This document shows, one piece after another, positions 63,251 to 64,000 of a DNA stretch of 64,000 nt. Source of the DNA: Camelus ferus (Eukaryota); the NCBI RefSeq assembly GCF_009834535.1, contig NC_045696.1:41232001-41296000 (forward strand), read 5' to 3'. The position numbers were made by a program, and so were the translations under genes. How positions within the stretch are numbered: position 1 is the first letter of the stretch; each line of letters begins with the position of its first letter. Below the pieces are notes generated by a model, which saw nothing but the letters and a program-made list of their open reading frames with translations, made no database searches and was not told where the DNA came from.

Positions 63251-64000
63251 CTGATCAAAAGTAATCAAAGAAATCAAAGAGATTTTTGTGAATGCATGGA
63301 ATGTCAGCAAAGTCATCCTACCGGTAACAATAATGCTTCTAAGGGAGAAGGGGGAGGGGGAGGATGGATGACACACAAAAGCTGTAACACCAAGAGGCAG
63401 GAACTCTGGGGAGGTGGGTGGTGATGGGGACGAGGGGGTTATCCTGGGTTCTGTCCTCCACACATAGAACAGAGCTGAAAAGAAGCCTAGACGCTACTAA
63501 GAGACTAAGTCCTTAGTGAAAACAGTGGCATTTAATATATTAAGGTAAGAAACATCATCTCATATTGTGGTATCATATTCTAGGCATTCTTCATATTCTA
63601 GGCATCTTCAGTTCTAAGCAGAGAAAAAGCAGGGGACTGGGTAGAAGTAAGGATCACTGAAGCCCACTGGATCACACTGGAGCTCTTAAGAGGACATCCC
63701 AATCCCCTTTAATTCACCCTACAGGCCCATTCAATAGATGTGTATCAACAAGTCACCCTCTGTCTGGGACACCAGCTTCCTTCAGCACATTCCCTGTTCC
63801 CTCATCCCTCCACTCATTCAGATTTTGTACTGATTTTTTCCTAATTATCTGTGATCTTTTCCTGCTCCAAATACTGCACTTCTAGCATAAGCATTTGGAC
63901 TACTTGAGAAATCATCTTACATTTGTATCAATGTGCTGCCATATGTTATTTTCTACCCGTTTATACCAGAAAGGCTTTTGTTTACAACTATAGTAGGAAA

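Larger units (their letters stand above)
1..64000 (-). other. ABI3BP: ABI3BP (TARSH) gene body, partial: Pro/Thr-rich stalk exons through first C-terminal FN3 exon; both ends outside window
   Basis: Chain of minus-strand GT-AG exons whose spliced translation (...RRKPLPPNNVTGKPGS...DFSSSPTRETDPLGKPRFKGPHVRYIQKPDN...PPTNLTVVTVEGCPSFVILDW) matches ABI3BP as I recall it. The next FN3 exon was not found in 1-3265. Confidence 0.96.
57560..64000. repeat. ~3.5 kb direct tandem duplication (copy 1 ~57560-61055; copy 2 ~61056 to beyond window end)
   Basis: Collinear landmarks at an offset of ~3486-3496 (gtgaagcc 57560/61056; pseudo-exons 57667/61162; exons 58541/62035 and 59705/63191; shared MER58-like remnant). 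Confidence 0.95.

Noticed and set aside
59705..63463. Duplicated ORFs MWRTEPRITP... and MWQELIKSNQ...
   Set aside because: Out-of-frame or antisense readings across exon and intron; they recur only because of the tandem duplication

Overview
Mammalian genomic DNA, most likely a camelid, inferred from three tRNA-derived SINEs resembling the camelid Vic-1 family. The whole window lies inside one minus-strand gene, ABI3BP (TARSH/NESHBP). I traced about 31 short coding exons by their AG/GT boundaries and translation. They run from the Pro/Thr-rich mucin-like stalk (about 63.2 kb down to 9.6 kb) to the first exon of the C-terminal fibronectin type III domain (3266-3475). The gene's start and end lie outside the window. 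Nearly all exons are symmetric phase 1-1 cassettes, and many belong to two paralogous families: acidic 'VP.T.LEPVT..EAP.T' and basic 'A.KT..R.RRPRPKPKTTP.PE.PQTKL'. The 47-64 kb region looks like an exon birth-and-death array. It contains a ~3.5 kb tandem duplication with a near-identical internal tract, three dead exon copies, one exon that lost its acceptor but has an in-frame internal AG, and one exon whose length would shift the frame. Introns carry ordinary L1, L2, MIR, MaLR/ERV LTR, MER58-like and SINE remnants. Most supplied ORFs are spurious or are L1 fragments. The gene is known; any novelty lies in the evolutionary and splicing state of the exon array. Gene identity and repeat-family names come from recognition, not from database searches.
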